Shown: piece after piece, positions 9,087 through 18,576 of the stretch
Numbering within the stretch: the stretch's first letter is position 1
Layout of the letters: every line of letters starts with the position of its first letter
Assembly (NCBI GenBank): GCA_963666275.2
Contig: CAXXOA010000001.1
Coordinates: forward strand, 544,001-608,000
Direction: 5' to 3'
DNA: 64,000 nt
DNA from: Oceanispirochaeta sp.
GTDB taxonomy: Bacteria; Spirochaetota; Spirochaetia; DSM-2461
Notes under the pieces: generated by a model
Told to the model about the DNA's origin: nothing
Database searches by the model: none
What the model saw: only the letters and a program-made list of their open reading frames with translations
Translations under genes and position numbers: made by a program

Positions 9087-10592
9087 ATGACAACCTATTT
9101 AGAACCATTGAAAATAGTCGGGGGATTACCTGAAAATCCTATGATAAACAAAGAACTCTTCCCTTGCCTGAAAGATGTTAGGCTTTTTGAAAAATCTTTC
9201 AGAATAAAGAATGGCGTCCTATTTTTCTCTATAAGGCAAAATGATAAAGATTTACTTGTGGTGAGCTCTCCTAAAGATATGCCCTGGCCTTTTCAGGGGG
9301 TTGAAATTGAAAACCGTGAAGGTAGTACAATATTATGCGAAGAAAACAGATGGAATTCTAATTTGCTTGTATCTATATTTCCTGATCTGGAACCATCTCC
9401 TATTGGCAAGGAGGCATCTACATTTGGTGTAGGAGATCGACTGGGGAGCGCTTCAATAGGTCATATAAATAGTTTTTCACTCTATCCGGAATATATTCCT
9501 ATTCTGGCGCAGCAGTCTTTAAGAGAACTACAGTTGACAGGAAGAACTTACCGCGAGGTTATTGATGCTTCTGTTTGGGGTGTCTTTAAAACGGGTTATA
9601 GAGGATTATGGGGAGCAGATGGTGATCATCTAAAAGATATTGAAGCCGCAAAATCAGCATTGGAGCAGGGATGCACCATGATAACCGCAGATCTATCAGA
9701 TTTTTTGGACTCAGAAATAGAAAAGCTTGATAACTTGACCGTACTGAAAAAATATAAAGGGATAAACAAATCGTACCGGGAAAGGGTTGAATCCTTTTAT
9801 GGAAATATAGAAAGGTATGGCAATGATATTGAGTTGGATTTTTCAAAAGTAAAACTAGCAAGGATTGTATTGGTTTATAAAAAAGCACTGGAATTTGCTC
9901 AAGTCCTATACAGGGAATGTTCAGTGATAAAAGAATCTTTTGACTTTGAAATTTCAGTTGATGAAACTGCCTTTGAAACCTCTTTGGAGGCTCATTATTT
10001 TATTGCTTGTGAATTGAGGGAATTGAATATCTTATATACAGGTATTGCTCCCCGTTATGTGGGAGAATTTCAGAAAGGAATCGATTATATAGGAGATCTG
10101 GAAAAGTTCAGAAAGAATTTCAGCCTGCATGCCAAAATGGCAAAACTCATGGGGCATAAGATTTCAATTCATTCATCAAGCGATAAATTTTCCGTTTATC
10201 CTATTATTAAAGAGATGAAAGAGGGGCCCTGTCATTTAAAAACATCAGGAACAAACTGGTTAGTTGCATTGCAGGTAATTGCGGCTACTGAATATCAATT
10301 GTTTAGAGATCTATTTGACAAAGCCTATGAAGTGTATGATATCTCCAAAACTTATTATCATGTTACTCCTGACTGGTCTTTGAAAACAAAAATTGGTCTA
10401 TTATGTAATACAGATTTATACAAAGTTTTTTCAAATAATACTGATAGACAGGTACTGCATGTGTCTTATGGAGAAATAAAAAAATCAGAAGATATCTGGG
10501 GTAGGTTTCAAAATGCTTTGTCCCAAAATCAAGATCTCTATAATAAGTTTCTCGAAAGACATATAGGTTACCATTTGTTTTTACTGAGCTAA
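9087..10592 (+). CDS. uxaE: Tagaturonate/fructuronate epimerase
   Basis: GVGDRLG, AQQSLREL, GADGDHLK, FEISVDET, GEFQKGIDY, HLKTSGT; start at ATG 9087 chosen for its GAGGA RBS (track gives TTG 9018). Confidence 0.88.
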   Translation: MTTYLEPLKIVGGLPENPMINKELFPCLKDVRLFEKSFRIKNGVLFFSIRQNDKDLLVVSSPKDMPWPFQGVEIENREGSTILCEENRWNSNLLVSIFPDLEPSPIGKEASTFGVGDRLGSASIGHINSFSLYPEYIPILAQQSLRELQLTGRTYREVIDASVWGVFKTGYRGLWGADGDHLKDIEAAKSALEQGCTMITADLSDFLDSEIEKLDNLTVLKKYKGINKSYRERVESFYGNIERYGNDIELDFSKVKLARIVLVYKKALEFAQVLYRECSVIKESFDFEISVDETAFETSLEAHYFIACELRELNILYTGIAPRYVGEFQKGIDYIGDLEKFRKNFSLHAKMAKLMGHKISIHSSSDKFSVYPIIKEMKEGPCHLKTSGTNWLVALQVIAATEYQLFRDLFDKAYEVYDISKTYYHVTPDWSLKTKIGLLCNTDLYKVFSNNTDRQVLHVSYGEIKKSEDIWGRFQNALSQNQDLYNKFLERHIGYHLFLLS

Positions 10593-10689
10593 AAATAATT
10601 AAAAGTTGTATGATTTTTTTAAAAAGATATCATCTTATTATGAAAAAAGAGGTTAAATTAGTTGGAAAAAAATAATAGAAATGCAAAGG

Positions 10690-11598
10690 TCAATCATCAG
10701 ATTCTGATGTAGTTGTATGAATTAGAACAATGGCTACTATTACTAATGTAATTCCAAAAATTATCCAGAAATTTAGACTATCATCTAAAAAAAAGATGGA
10801 TAAAAAAACACCAAATAGGGGAGTAAGAAATTTAAATGCAGATGCGCTGCCAACACCAATAACATATATGGCTTTATGATACAAAGTTGCGGCAAAAGCT
10901 GTGGCAATAAACGAGATATGAAAAATTCCAAACCAAATTCCCATGCTCATATGTGTAAGATAGTTAAAATCAGATTTACCAATTAGAGTTGCACAAAATA
11001 ATGCGATTGTGCCAGAAAGTGTTGCTATGAAAGTAGGAATAATAGTTCCATATTTTTGTACATGCCCTTTCATTTCAACATAGAATATACTTATTAGTAT
11101 TGAAGCTACGATACAGAGAAAATTTCCAGTAATAAAGGAGGCTCCTCCAATAATATTAGAGAGAGAACTGCGACTTACTACCAAAATAATTCCAATACTT
11201 CCAAGTATTAGACCGTGAAAATGCAGCCTACCATGGTTTTCCTTAAGTAAAATTATGCCGAAGGCTGTCATGAAAATTGGTTGGGAGTTAATAATTATCG
11301 AACTGCTAGATGGTGTTGTGAGTCTCAAACCGAAATCAAAAAGTAAAGCAAATATTGCTATGCCTATAATTCCGGAAATTGATAAACGAAGCATTTCATT
11401 CATGGATGGACTATGGATTTTTTTCCGGTTGATAAGATAGGATGGGATTAGCGCTATTGTGGTAATAAAGTATCGAAGAAATGATAACAAAATGGGATTC
11501 ATTCCATTATTTAATAGTTCTTTGGTAATCGGATGAATTGCGCCCCATGAAAAGGCGCACAACGTTAGAATTACTGTCCATTTTACTGGTTTTTTCAT
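10690..11598 (-). CDS. DMT/EamA-family 10-TM transporter
   Basis: Two EamA repeats (WG, RY, IINSQP, LKE, FLTPLFG); start 11598 has a GGAG RBS (alternative 11613). Confidence 0.88.
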   Translation of the reverse strand: MKKPVKWTVILTLCAFSWGAIHPITKELLNNGMNPILLSFLRYFITTIALIPSYLINRKKIHSPSMNEMLRLSISGIIGIAIFALLFDFGLRLTTPSSSSIIINSQPIFMTAFGIILLKENHGRLHFHGLILGSIGIILVVSRSSLSNIIGGASFITGNFLCIVASILISIFYVEMKGHVQKYGTIIPTFIATLSGTIALFCATLIGKSDFNYLTHMSMGIWFGIFHISFIATAFAATLYHKAIYVIGVGSASAFKFLTPLFGVFLSIFFLDDSLNFWIIFGITLVIVAIVLIHTTTSESDD

Positions 11599-11695
11599 TA
11601 AGATTATCTCCATGGAAGTTTACTTAAGATTTCTTTTCACTCCAGATTTAAACATAAGTTATATGATTCAAATATCTGGAATCATTAACTAAAAA

Positions 11696-11829
11696 ATCAT
11701 ATGATCAGATGATATGTTGTAAGATGTTTTTTGAAAAGTCGAGTGTATAAACAAAAAATAAGATTTAATTGCTTCAAATCCTTGACTATAAATATTTCTA
11801 TGATATTATTAACATCATATGATCAGATG
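11696..11829. promoter_or_regulatory. Divergent promoter region with two copies of ATCATATGATCAGATG
   Basis: Copies at 11696-11711 and 11814-11829; TTGACT 11782, 16 nt, TATTAT 11804. Confidence 0.65.
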
Positions 11830-11920
11830 TAGATATTGAGATGCTTAAATTATTTATTAGTTTTATATTAGGAAAGAAATATAAATATTTGTTAGTAAAT
11901 CATAGAAATAGGAAGAAATA

Positions 11921-12391
11921 ATGTCCAAGGTTAAATTGATTGATGATAAAAACTGGAAGAATTTAGTCCAGTTTATTACTGCAAATATTTTTCTTCTAGC
12001 TATGTTATTTGTAATGTTTATCTCCCTATTTCAGAATAAGGAAGAGAGTTATATCAAAATATTTTTTTTACTGGTATTTATTCTCTGTCTGATTATTTTT
12101 ATACATTCCTATATGGCTTGGTTCTGTTCATGGATTTGTTTAGAAGTTGACTCAACTGATCAGGAAATTACTCTTACCTATTACTTTAAAAAGCCAAGAA
12201 AAATCAAAATACCATTCGATCATATTAAAGAAATTTTCCTTGATATAGATGTGAATCATAATGCTGAGATTGGTGTAAGAGAAACGTTCTTTATTCGAAT
12301 TGAAACAAAAAATGGAAAATCCATCACAGAAAAACTAAATACCTTTCCTAGAATTCCAGATAATTTTAAGATTTCTATTAATAGAAGATAG
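11921..12391 (+). CDS. Hypothetical membrane protein (two N-terminal TM helices plus soluble beta-rich tail)
   Basis: 156-aa ORF with AGGA RBS, promoter and terminator; hydrophobic segments. Confidence 0.7.
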   Translation: MSKVKLIDDKNWKNLVQFITANIFLLAMLFVMFISLFQNKEESYIKIFFLLVFILCLIIFIHSYMAWFCSWICLEVDSTDQEITLTYYFKKPRKIKIPFDHIKEIFLDIDVNHNAEIGVRETFFIRIETKNGKSITEKLNTFPRIPDNFKISINRR

Positions 12392-12484
12392 TTCTGAATT
12401 GAATCTGGGAATGATTGAACAAAAAGTTATTAAAAATTAGTGGGATGTTTTATAGACCTCCAACCTTGAGCATTTCATTAATCC

Positions 12485-12520
12485 CAGACCGGATAGGCTC
12501 ACTATCCGGTCTGTTTTATT
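12485..12520 (+). terminator. Intrinsic terminator between convergent genes
   Basis: CAGACCGGATAG-GCTCA-CTATCCGGTCTG then TTTTATT. Confidence 0.8.
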
Positions 12521-12562
12521 AAAACCTAAAACTTAATCTTATGTTGAAAAGATTTTGATATT

Positions 12563-14398
12563 TCAATACCCCAGAAACTCCCGGATCTTCGGCAGAAATA
12601 CAGGTCCGTACTGTTCCAGTTTGGTTTCTCCCACCCCGGAAACCCGCAGAAAGCCGCTGTTGTCCACCGGTTTCAGAGCGCTCATCTCCCGTAGGGTTTT
12701 GTCCGAGAAGATTACATAGGGGGGGACATTCTTCTGCCGGGCCAGCTCGGTCCGTACAGCTTTGAGCAGATCAAAAAGGCTTTTGTCGTAGCGGTTGGTT
12801 CCAGCCAGGGCATCTTCTCTCTCGCCGGGAACCTTCGGCAGGGTATCTTCTTTTTTAAGAATGAAAAAGGGCTCCCTCCCGAACAGGATATTCCTGCCTT
12901 TCTCTGTTAATTTCAGAGCATTGTAGGATTCTCCGTCCTGATAGACAGCCTTCTGGCTTATCAGCTCCTCAACTATACCGCGCCACCACTTTTTGCTCTT
13001 GTCTTTGCCTACACCATAGGTTTTGATTTTGTCATGACCGGTTTTCCGGATCTTCTCTGTATCCGCCCCCTGAACAATGTCTATGATATGGGTCAGGCCG
13101 AAACGTTCCTCCGTCCGAATCACCGCGGAGAGGATCTTCTGGGCATCTACCGAGCCGTTAACCCGTTCGGTGGAACCGGTGCAGATATCGCAGAACCCGC
13201 AGTCATCCTCTGCCGGTTCATCAAAGTATTCGAGGATCTGTTTCCGGCGGCATACGTTGACCGAAGCGAAGCTGGCCATCCTCTGCATATTCCGCCGGGC
13301 TTTTTCCTTCTCTTCGGGATTCTCCATTTTATCAATAAAATACTGGAGTTTCACAAGGTCTCCCGCAGAGTAGAGGAGCAGGCAGTGGGACTCCAGTCCG
13401 TCCCGGCCGGCCCTTCCTGTCTCCTGGTAGTAGCCTTCCATACTTTTGGGAAGGTCCCCATGGATCACATAGCGGATATTGCTCTTGTCAATTCCCATAC
13501 CGAAGGCGATGGTGGCCACGATCACATCCGCTTCGTCCCGGTTGAACATCTCCTGATTCTCTTCCCTCTCCGCCTGGGCTAGCCCGGCGTGGTAGGGAAG
13601 AGCCCTGACCCCCCGGCCCGCCAGGTGGGCGGCTGTTTTCTCCACATCCTTCCGGCTGGTCCGGTAGACAATACCCGCCTGACCGGTATGGTCCATAATA
13701 AAGGCTGTTATCTGTTTGAGGACCTTCTCCTTTCTTTCCACCCTGTAGAAGAGCTCCTTTCTATTGAACGAGGCTCTCACGGTAAAAGGACTTTTCAGCC
13801 TGAGGATCCGGATAATATCATCCTGAACCTTCCGGGTGGCCGTAGCTGTAAAGGCGGCAATAGGAATATCAGGAAATGCCTCTCTGATCCGGCTCAGAAC
13901 AAGATAGTCCGGGCGGAAGTCGTGTCCCCATTCGGAAAGGCAGTGGGCTTCATCCACCGCAAAGAATCTGACGGGGAGTTCTTTCAGCTTTTCAAGATAC
14001 CCCTCCAGAGCGAGCCTTTCGGGGGAGATATAGAGCAGTTTTATTTCGCCGCTGTAAAGCCGGGCATAGACAGATGCCGCTTCGTCCGCTTTCAGGGTAC
14101 TGTTGATAAAGGCCGCCGGAATGCCCGATTCTCTGGCTCCGTCCACCTGATCTTTCATCAGGGCGATCAGGGGGCTTATCACTATGGTCAGCCCTTCCAG
14201 GCAGAGGGCCGGTATCTGATAGCAGAGGGATTTTCCTCCCCCTGTGGGCATGGAGGCAAAGACATCCTTTCCGGCCAGAACAGACAGTATGATTCTTTCC
14301 TGATTGGGACGGAACGAGTCATAACCGAAGGTTCTTTTCAGAACATTTAGGATGCTGGGACTGTCAGGAGCTTTTTCCTGGGTAGCTGAATGGGACAT
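12563..14398 (-). CDS. recQ: ATP-dependent DNA helicase RecQ
   Basis: FGYDSFRPNQ, MPTGGGKSLCYQ, DEAHCLSEWGHDFRP, QETGRAGRDG, Zn-binding CRR...CGFCDIC, RQC and HRDC (VPPYVIFSDKTL); start taken at MSHSAT. Confidence 0.96.
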   Translation of the reverse strand: MSHSATQEKAPDSPSILNVLKRTFGYDSFRPNQERIILSVLAGKDVFASMPTGGGKSLCYQIPALCLEGLTIVISPLIALMKDQVDGARESGIPAAFINSTLKADEAASVYARLYSGEIKLLYISPERLALEGYLEKLKELPVRFFAVDEAHCLSEWGHDFRPDYLVLSRIREAFPDIPIAAFTATATRKVQDDIIRILRLKSPFTVRASFNRKELFYRVERKEKVLKQITAFIMDHTGQAGIVYRTSRKDVEKTAAHLAGRGVRALPYHAGLAQAEREENQEMFNRDEADVIVATIAFGMGIDKSNIRYVIHGDLPKSMEGYYQETGRAGRDGLESHCLLLYSAGDLVKLQYFIDKMENPEEKEKARRNMQRMASFASVNVCRRKQILEYFDEPAEDDCGFCDICTGSTERVNGSVDAQKILSAVIRTEERFGLTHIIDIVQGADTEKIRKTGHDKIKTYGVGKDKSKKWWRGIVEELISQKAVYQDGESYNALKLTEKGRNILFGREPFFILKKEDTLPKVPGEREDALAGTNRYDKSLFDLLKAVRTELARQKNVPPYVIFSDKTLREMSALKPVDNSGFLRVSGVGETKLEQYGPVFLPKIREFLGY

Positions 14399-14466
14399 TC
14401 TACCTATCTTATTGATTATTTTGCATTCGCGCATCAAAATCACCGGGAAAATTGGCAAAAAAGGGT

Positions 14467-14496
14467 AAAAAAAAGCGGCCTGGAAATCCAGGCCGC
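14467..14496 (-). terminator. Intrinsic terminator of the minus-strand ABC operon
   Basis: GCGGCCTGGA-TT-TCCAGGCCGC followed by T8 on the minus strand. Confidence 0.85.
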
Positions 14497-14521
14497 AAGG
14501 GTACACAAAAAAGAGATTCTA

Positions 14522-15469
14522 TCAGGCAATAGCCCGTTTTTTCTGAAATGTATCGAAACCGACCGCCAGGATCAGAACCAGACCTTTTACAATCATCTGG
14601 GTGTAGTTACTGATATTCAGGAGTACCATTCCGTTGGTGAGGACACCGATGATCAGTACACCGGCTATAACTCCCGAGATCTTTCCGAAACCACCAGTAA
14701 TGGAAACTCCTCCCAGTACAACACAGGTAATAACATCAAACTCGTATCCCAGACCGGCAGTGGGCTGGGCCGAATTGGTTCTGGAGAGCATAACAATTCC
14801 CGCAAGACCGGCAAAAAATCCGGACAGAGCAAAAATCAGGTATTTGATCCGGCCGACGCGGATTCCCGAAAGTTCCGCCGCTTCTTCATTTCCACCAACC
14901 GCATAGAAGTATCTTCCGAAGTAGGTCTTGTTCAATATCAGGGCTCCTACGGCAAAACAGACAGCCATGATGATAACCGGAACGGGGACAGGACCGAGGT
15001 ATCCCTGACCGATTACCTTGAACCGGGGGTCAAAGCCGTAGATCGGTGTTCCCCCTGAGATCAGATAGGCCGATCCGGCAAATACGGTCTGAGTGGCGAA
15101 GGTGGCGATAATGGCCGGCATTCCTACGGTTGAGATCAGAAATCCGTTGATTAAACCGATCAGAGTTGCCATGACCACAGAGACAAGAACCGCTTCGGCC
15201 ATACCGAATCCCATATTCACCATCAGATAGGCACAGACAACATTCACAATGGTGATGACAGAACCGATGGAAAGGTCAATTCCTGCAATCAGAATAACAA
15301 AGGTCATACCGATTGAGGCAATACCGTACATGGATACCTGTCTGGCGACTGTAAAAAGGTTGTTCATTGACAGGAACCTGTGGTTCGCCGAGGTAAAGAA
15401 AACAACCAGAAGTAAAAGCACTATCCAGATGGCGCTTTTTTTAACATTATTTATAATTTTATCCTTCAT
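14522..15469 (-). CDS. Sugar ABC transporter permease
   Basis: AGIDLSIGS, GRYFYAVGGNEEAAELSGI, EFDVITCVVLGG. Confidence 0.95.
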   Translation of the reverse strand: MKDKIINNVKKSAIWIVLLLLVVFFTSANHRFLSMNNLFTVARQVSMYGIASIGMTFVILIAGIDLSIGSVITIVNVVCAYLMVNMGFGMAEAVLVSVVMATLIGLINGFLISTVGMPAIIATFATQTVFAGSAYLISGGTPIYGFDPRFKVIGQGYLGPVPVPVIIMAVCFAVGALILNKTYFGRYFYAVGGNEEAAELSGIRVGRIKYLIFALSGFFAGLAGIVMLSRTNSAQPTAGLGYEFDVITCVVLGGVSITGGFGKISGVIAGVLIIGVLTNGMVLLNISNYTQMIVKGLVLILAVGFDTFQKKRAIA

Positions 15470-15471
15470 CT

Positions 15472-16971
15472 CTATGCCTCCTGAACATCAGATGCCATTT
15501 TCAAAATTGTATTCTGATCAAAGTCTTTTTTTTGTAATTCACCGGTGATTCTGCCCTCTGCGAATACAACGATTCTGTCGGACATACCGATCAGTTCCTC
15601 CATTTCCGATGAAATGAGAAGAACGGTTTTTCCTATTTCAACAAGCTGGTTTATGAGCTTGTAAATCTCGAACTTGGCTCCCACGTCGATACCTCTGGTG
15701 GGTTCGTCCAGGATTATCAGTTCCGAGTTTGCCGCCAGCCATTTTCCGAGGATAACTTTCTGCTGGTTTCCACCGCTCAGGTTTTTTACATTCTGCTGAA
15801 TCGTGGGTGTTTTGATGAGCAGTTCTTTTCTGTATTTTTCCGTCACAGAGGCTTCTTTGCATTCATCGATATAAGACAGCTTGGAAATACTCTTGTAGAT
15901 AGGCATATTGATGTTGTTTTTGACTGAAACACCCAGCAGGGCGCCGTGCCTTTTTCTGTCTTCCGGAACAAGGGCTATTCCCATATCGATGGCTTCTCTG
16001 GGGGATTTGGGATTCACCTCTTTTCCCTTGAAAAAGAACTGACCCTCTGTTTTCTGAACCGCACCGAATATCATCTGAGCCATTTCTGTCCGTCCGGCAC
16101 CAACCAGACCGCCCAGGCCCAGAACTTCTCCCTTGTGGATCTTGAGATTGACGTTGTGATTCCCGTTTCCCGTAACATTTTTTGCCTCGAAAATCACTTC
16201 TTTTTTCAGTGCGATGGATTCTCTGGCGGGGAAGGTATCCTTCAGTTCCCGTCCAACCATCAGCTGTATCAGTTCGTCTACTGTACTCTCCGCTGTCTGC
16301 AGAGTATCAATGTACTCCCCATCCCGGAGGACAACAATTCTGCTTGAGAGTCTGAAAATCTCTTCCAGTCTGTGAGAAATATAAACAATGGAAACCCCTC
16401 TGGATTTCAGAAGGTCACAGACTTTAAAAAGGCTCTGTACTTCAGCATTCGTCAGAGGCGCGGAAGGTTCATCCATGATCAGGACTTTTGCATCCTGCTG
16501 TATCGCTTTGGCAATTTCGATCATCTGCTGATATCCCACAGTCAGATCGCCTACCAGAGCTTTGGGGTCGATTTTGATATTCAGCTGAGCAAAGGCTTTT
16601 TCCGCTTCCGCTTCCATAGCCTTGCGGTCAATAAAAATCCCCTTTCTGATAGGATCGCCCAGGAACAGGTTTTCAGCTGCGGAAAGCTCACTAACATTGT
16701 TGAATTCCTGATAGATTATGGCTATCCCGTTCTCTTTGGCCAGCTGGGGGGTCATTTCTGTATGTTCCTGACCATTGATTATAATCTTTCCGGAAGTGGG
16801 GATTACCGCTCCGGAGCAGGTTTTAATCAATGTAGACTTGCCCGCACCGTTCTCACCGATCAGTCCCAGGATTTCACCCGGTTTGACCTGAAGAGTCACA
16901 TTTTTCAGTGCAACAACTCCCGGATACTCTTTTCTAATATTTTTTAATTCCAGTACATAGTCTTCACTCAT
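15472..16971 (-). CDS. Sugar ABC transporter ATPase
   Basis: GENGAGKST, MDEPSA, LSGGNQQKV, DEPTRGIDVGAK. Confidence 0.95.
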   Translation of the reverse strand: MSEDYVLELKNIRKEYPGVVALKNVTLQVKPGEILGLIGENGAGKSTLIKTCSGAVIPTSGKIIINGQEHTEMTPQLAKENGIAIIYQEFNNVSELSAAENLFLGDPIRKGIFIDRKAMEAEAEKAFAQLNIKIDPKALVGDLTVGYQQMIEIAKAIQQDAKVLIMDEPSAPLTNAEVQSLFKVCDLLKSRGVSIVYISHRLEEIFRLSSRIVVLRDGEYIDTLQTAESTVDELIQLMVGRELKDTFPARESIALKKEVIFEAKNVTGNGNHNVNLKIHKGEVLGLGGLVGAGRTEMAQMIFGAVQKTEGQFFFKGKEVNPKSPREAIDMGIALVPEDRKRHGALLGVSVKNNINMPIYKSISKLSYIDECKEASVTEKYRKELLIKTPTIQQNVKNLSGGNQQKVILGKWLAANSELIILDEPTRGIDVGAKFEIYKLINQLVEIGKTVLLISSEMEELIGMSDRIVVFAEGRITGELQKKDFDQNTILKMASDVQEA

Positions 16972-16997
16972 GGCATTCCTTCCATAGAATTAAGAAC

Positions 16998-17025
16998 CAG
17001 CCGTTACGGTTACCCGCAACGGCTG
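16998..17025 (-). terminator. Intercistronic stem-loop after SBP gene
   Basis: CAGCCGTTACGG-TTAC-CCGCAACGGCTG. Confidence 0.5.
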
Positions 17026-17059
17026 TCTCTTTATTACCTATAAATTAAGGGTTCGAATC

Positions 17060-18025
17060 TTATTTATAGTCAGCCAGGTATTCGTCAGCGTTATCAGCAT
17101 TGATTACCAGGAGAGGTCTGAAGATGTTCTGATCTGCGAAGGTTTCTCCCATCATCAGTTTTTCATAGAGGGCTACACAGGCCTCAGCGGTTTTCTTGTT
17201 GGATCCTTCGAATCCGACAGAAGCTCTTGTTGCTTCGCCGTTTACGATGGCTTCCAGCTGCTGCTGAGTTGCGTCAGCAGAGAAGATACCTACGTCAGAA
17301 GGAATCTTTCCACCCAGTTTGGACATATAGGCTTCGTTGGCTCCGATGTCTCCACCGGCTCCGATAGAACATACAACTTTTACATCGGGATTAGCCTGGA
17401 AAATAGATTCCATGTTAGCCAGTCCGGTTGCGGCATCAAGAGCAGGCTGCTGAGCAACAACTTCGTATTTACCAGCGGCATTTTCTTTCAGACCCGCCAG
17501 GATTCCATTTTCTCTTTCAAGAAGGATGGGAGTCTGGGGATAGTTCATGATAGCAATCTGTGCTTTGTTGGATGCAGAGTAGTTCTCATTAACAAATCCG
17601 GCAGCGGCTGTTCCGATTACATGACCGAGTTCTGTGTTGTCCAGTACCCAGTTCACATCGGTGTTTTTCATTTTGTCATCCCAGCACATTACTTTAATGC
17701 CCTGATCCCTGGCGGTTGCAAGATAGTCTTCCAGTGCGTTGGGGTCAGAAGGATGAACCATGATCAGGTCAACCTGGTTTGTGATGAAGTTCTCAATCTG
17801 CTGAATCTGTGTGGCAGAATTATCTTTACAGCTGAGAATGGTATAGTCCCAGCCCTTTGCTTCCATCAATGTTTCTACTTCTCCGAAAACACCGGCCCAG
17901 TAGCTGTTTTCCAGAGACTGAATGGTAATTCCCACTTTCAATGTATCAGAATCTTCACTCTGTCCATTGGCAAATACGGTAAAACTCATGGCCAATGCCA
18001 GTACTAAAGTCAAAACCTTTTTCAT
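17060..18025 (-). CDS. Sugar/polyol ABC solute-binding protein
   Basis: Signal peptide ending FANGQSE, SLENSYW, periplasmic binding protein type I pattern, GGAGGAG RBS. Confidence 0.9.
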   Translation of the reverse strand: MKKVLTLVLALAMSFTVFANGQSEDSDTLKVGITIQSLENSYWAGVFGEVETLMEAKGWDYTILSCKDNSATQIQQIENFITNQVDLIMVHPSDPNALEDYLATARDQGIKVMCWDDKMKNTDVNWVLDNTELGHVIGTAAAGFVNENYSASNKAQIAIMNYPQTPILLERENGILAGLKENAAGKYEVVAQQPALDAATGLANMESIFQANPDVKVVCSIGAGGDIGANEAYMSKLGGKIPSDVGIFSADATQQQLEAIVNGEATRASVGFEGSNKKTAEACVALYEKLMMGETFADQNIFRPLLVINADNADEYLADYK

Positions 18026-18326
18026 TTAATTCTCCTCCGATAATTTTTTTAAAAAATGACAAGTTTTAAAAATCTCTTTTTACAAGCAGAGATCTTATTG
18101 ACAATTTTTAAATACGTTCCGGCTTGTCTGCCTACTCATCTTTTAAAAAGTAGAGTTTTAGAAAACCTTCCTTTGAAAACTGAACAGAAACTTAAAATCT
18201 GTATTCCTTTTGACAGGGACAGAACGTTTCTGTTTCACCTCCTTTTTAAGGGTTCTCCTGCAGTATAGTTCCTTCGGGGGGATCCACTTCCTGAAGCACT
18301 ATAATCGCCGTTTAAATAAATTATTA

Positions 18327-18383
18327 AGTTTTATAAAACTGTTTTATGAAACTCATGCTATTATCATAATTCCCAGTTGTCAA
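18327..18383 (-). promoter_or_regulatory. Promoter of the ABC operon with putative ROK operator
   Basis: Minus strand TTGACA-17-TAGCAT directly followed by a near-perfect 27-bp palindrome AGTTTTATAAAACTGTTTTATGAAACT (18327-18353). Confidence 0.6.
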
Positions 18384-18576
18384 CATTTTTTTTAAAAAAG
18401 TTTTAGGGGCCTTAATGGCTGTAAATACCTATAATAATGTAAGATAAAAAAATATCGATTGAAGTATTTCCTCTTTCTTCCTCTTTTATCCTTGACAAAT
18501 AAAAGCTTTGATACATATTGTATATGTAATTAAGTAAAGTGATTTTATATAATAGAAATATAAAAAGGAAGGAAGA

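Noticed and set aside
18160..18250. Strong minus-strand SD (AAGGAGGTG) in the ABC leader suggesting a leader peptide
   Set aside because: No start codon at usable spacing; the only GTG lies inside the SD itself
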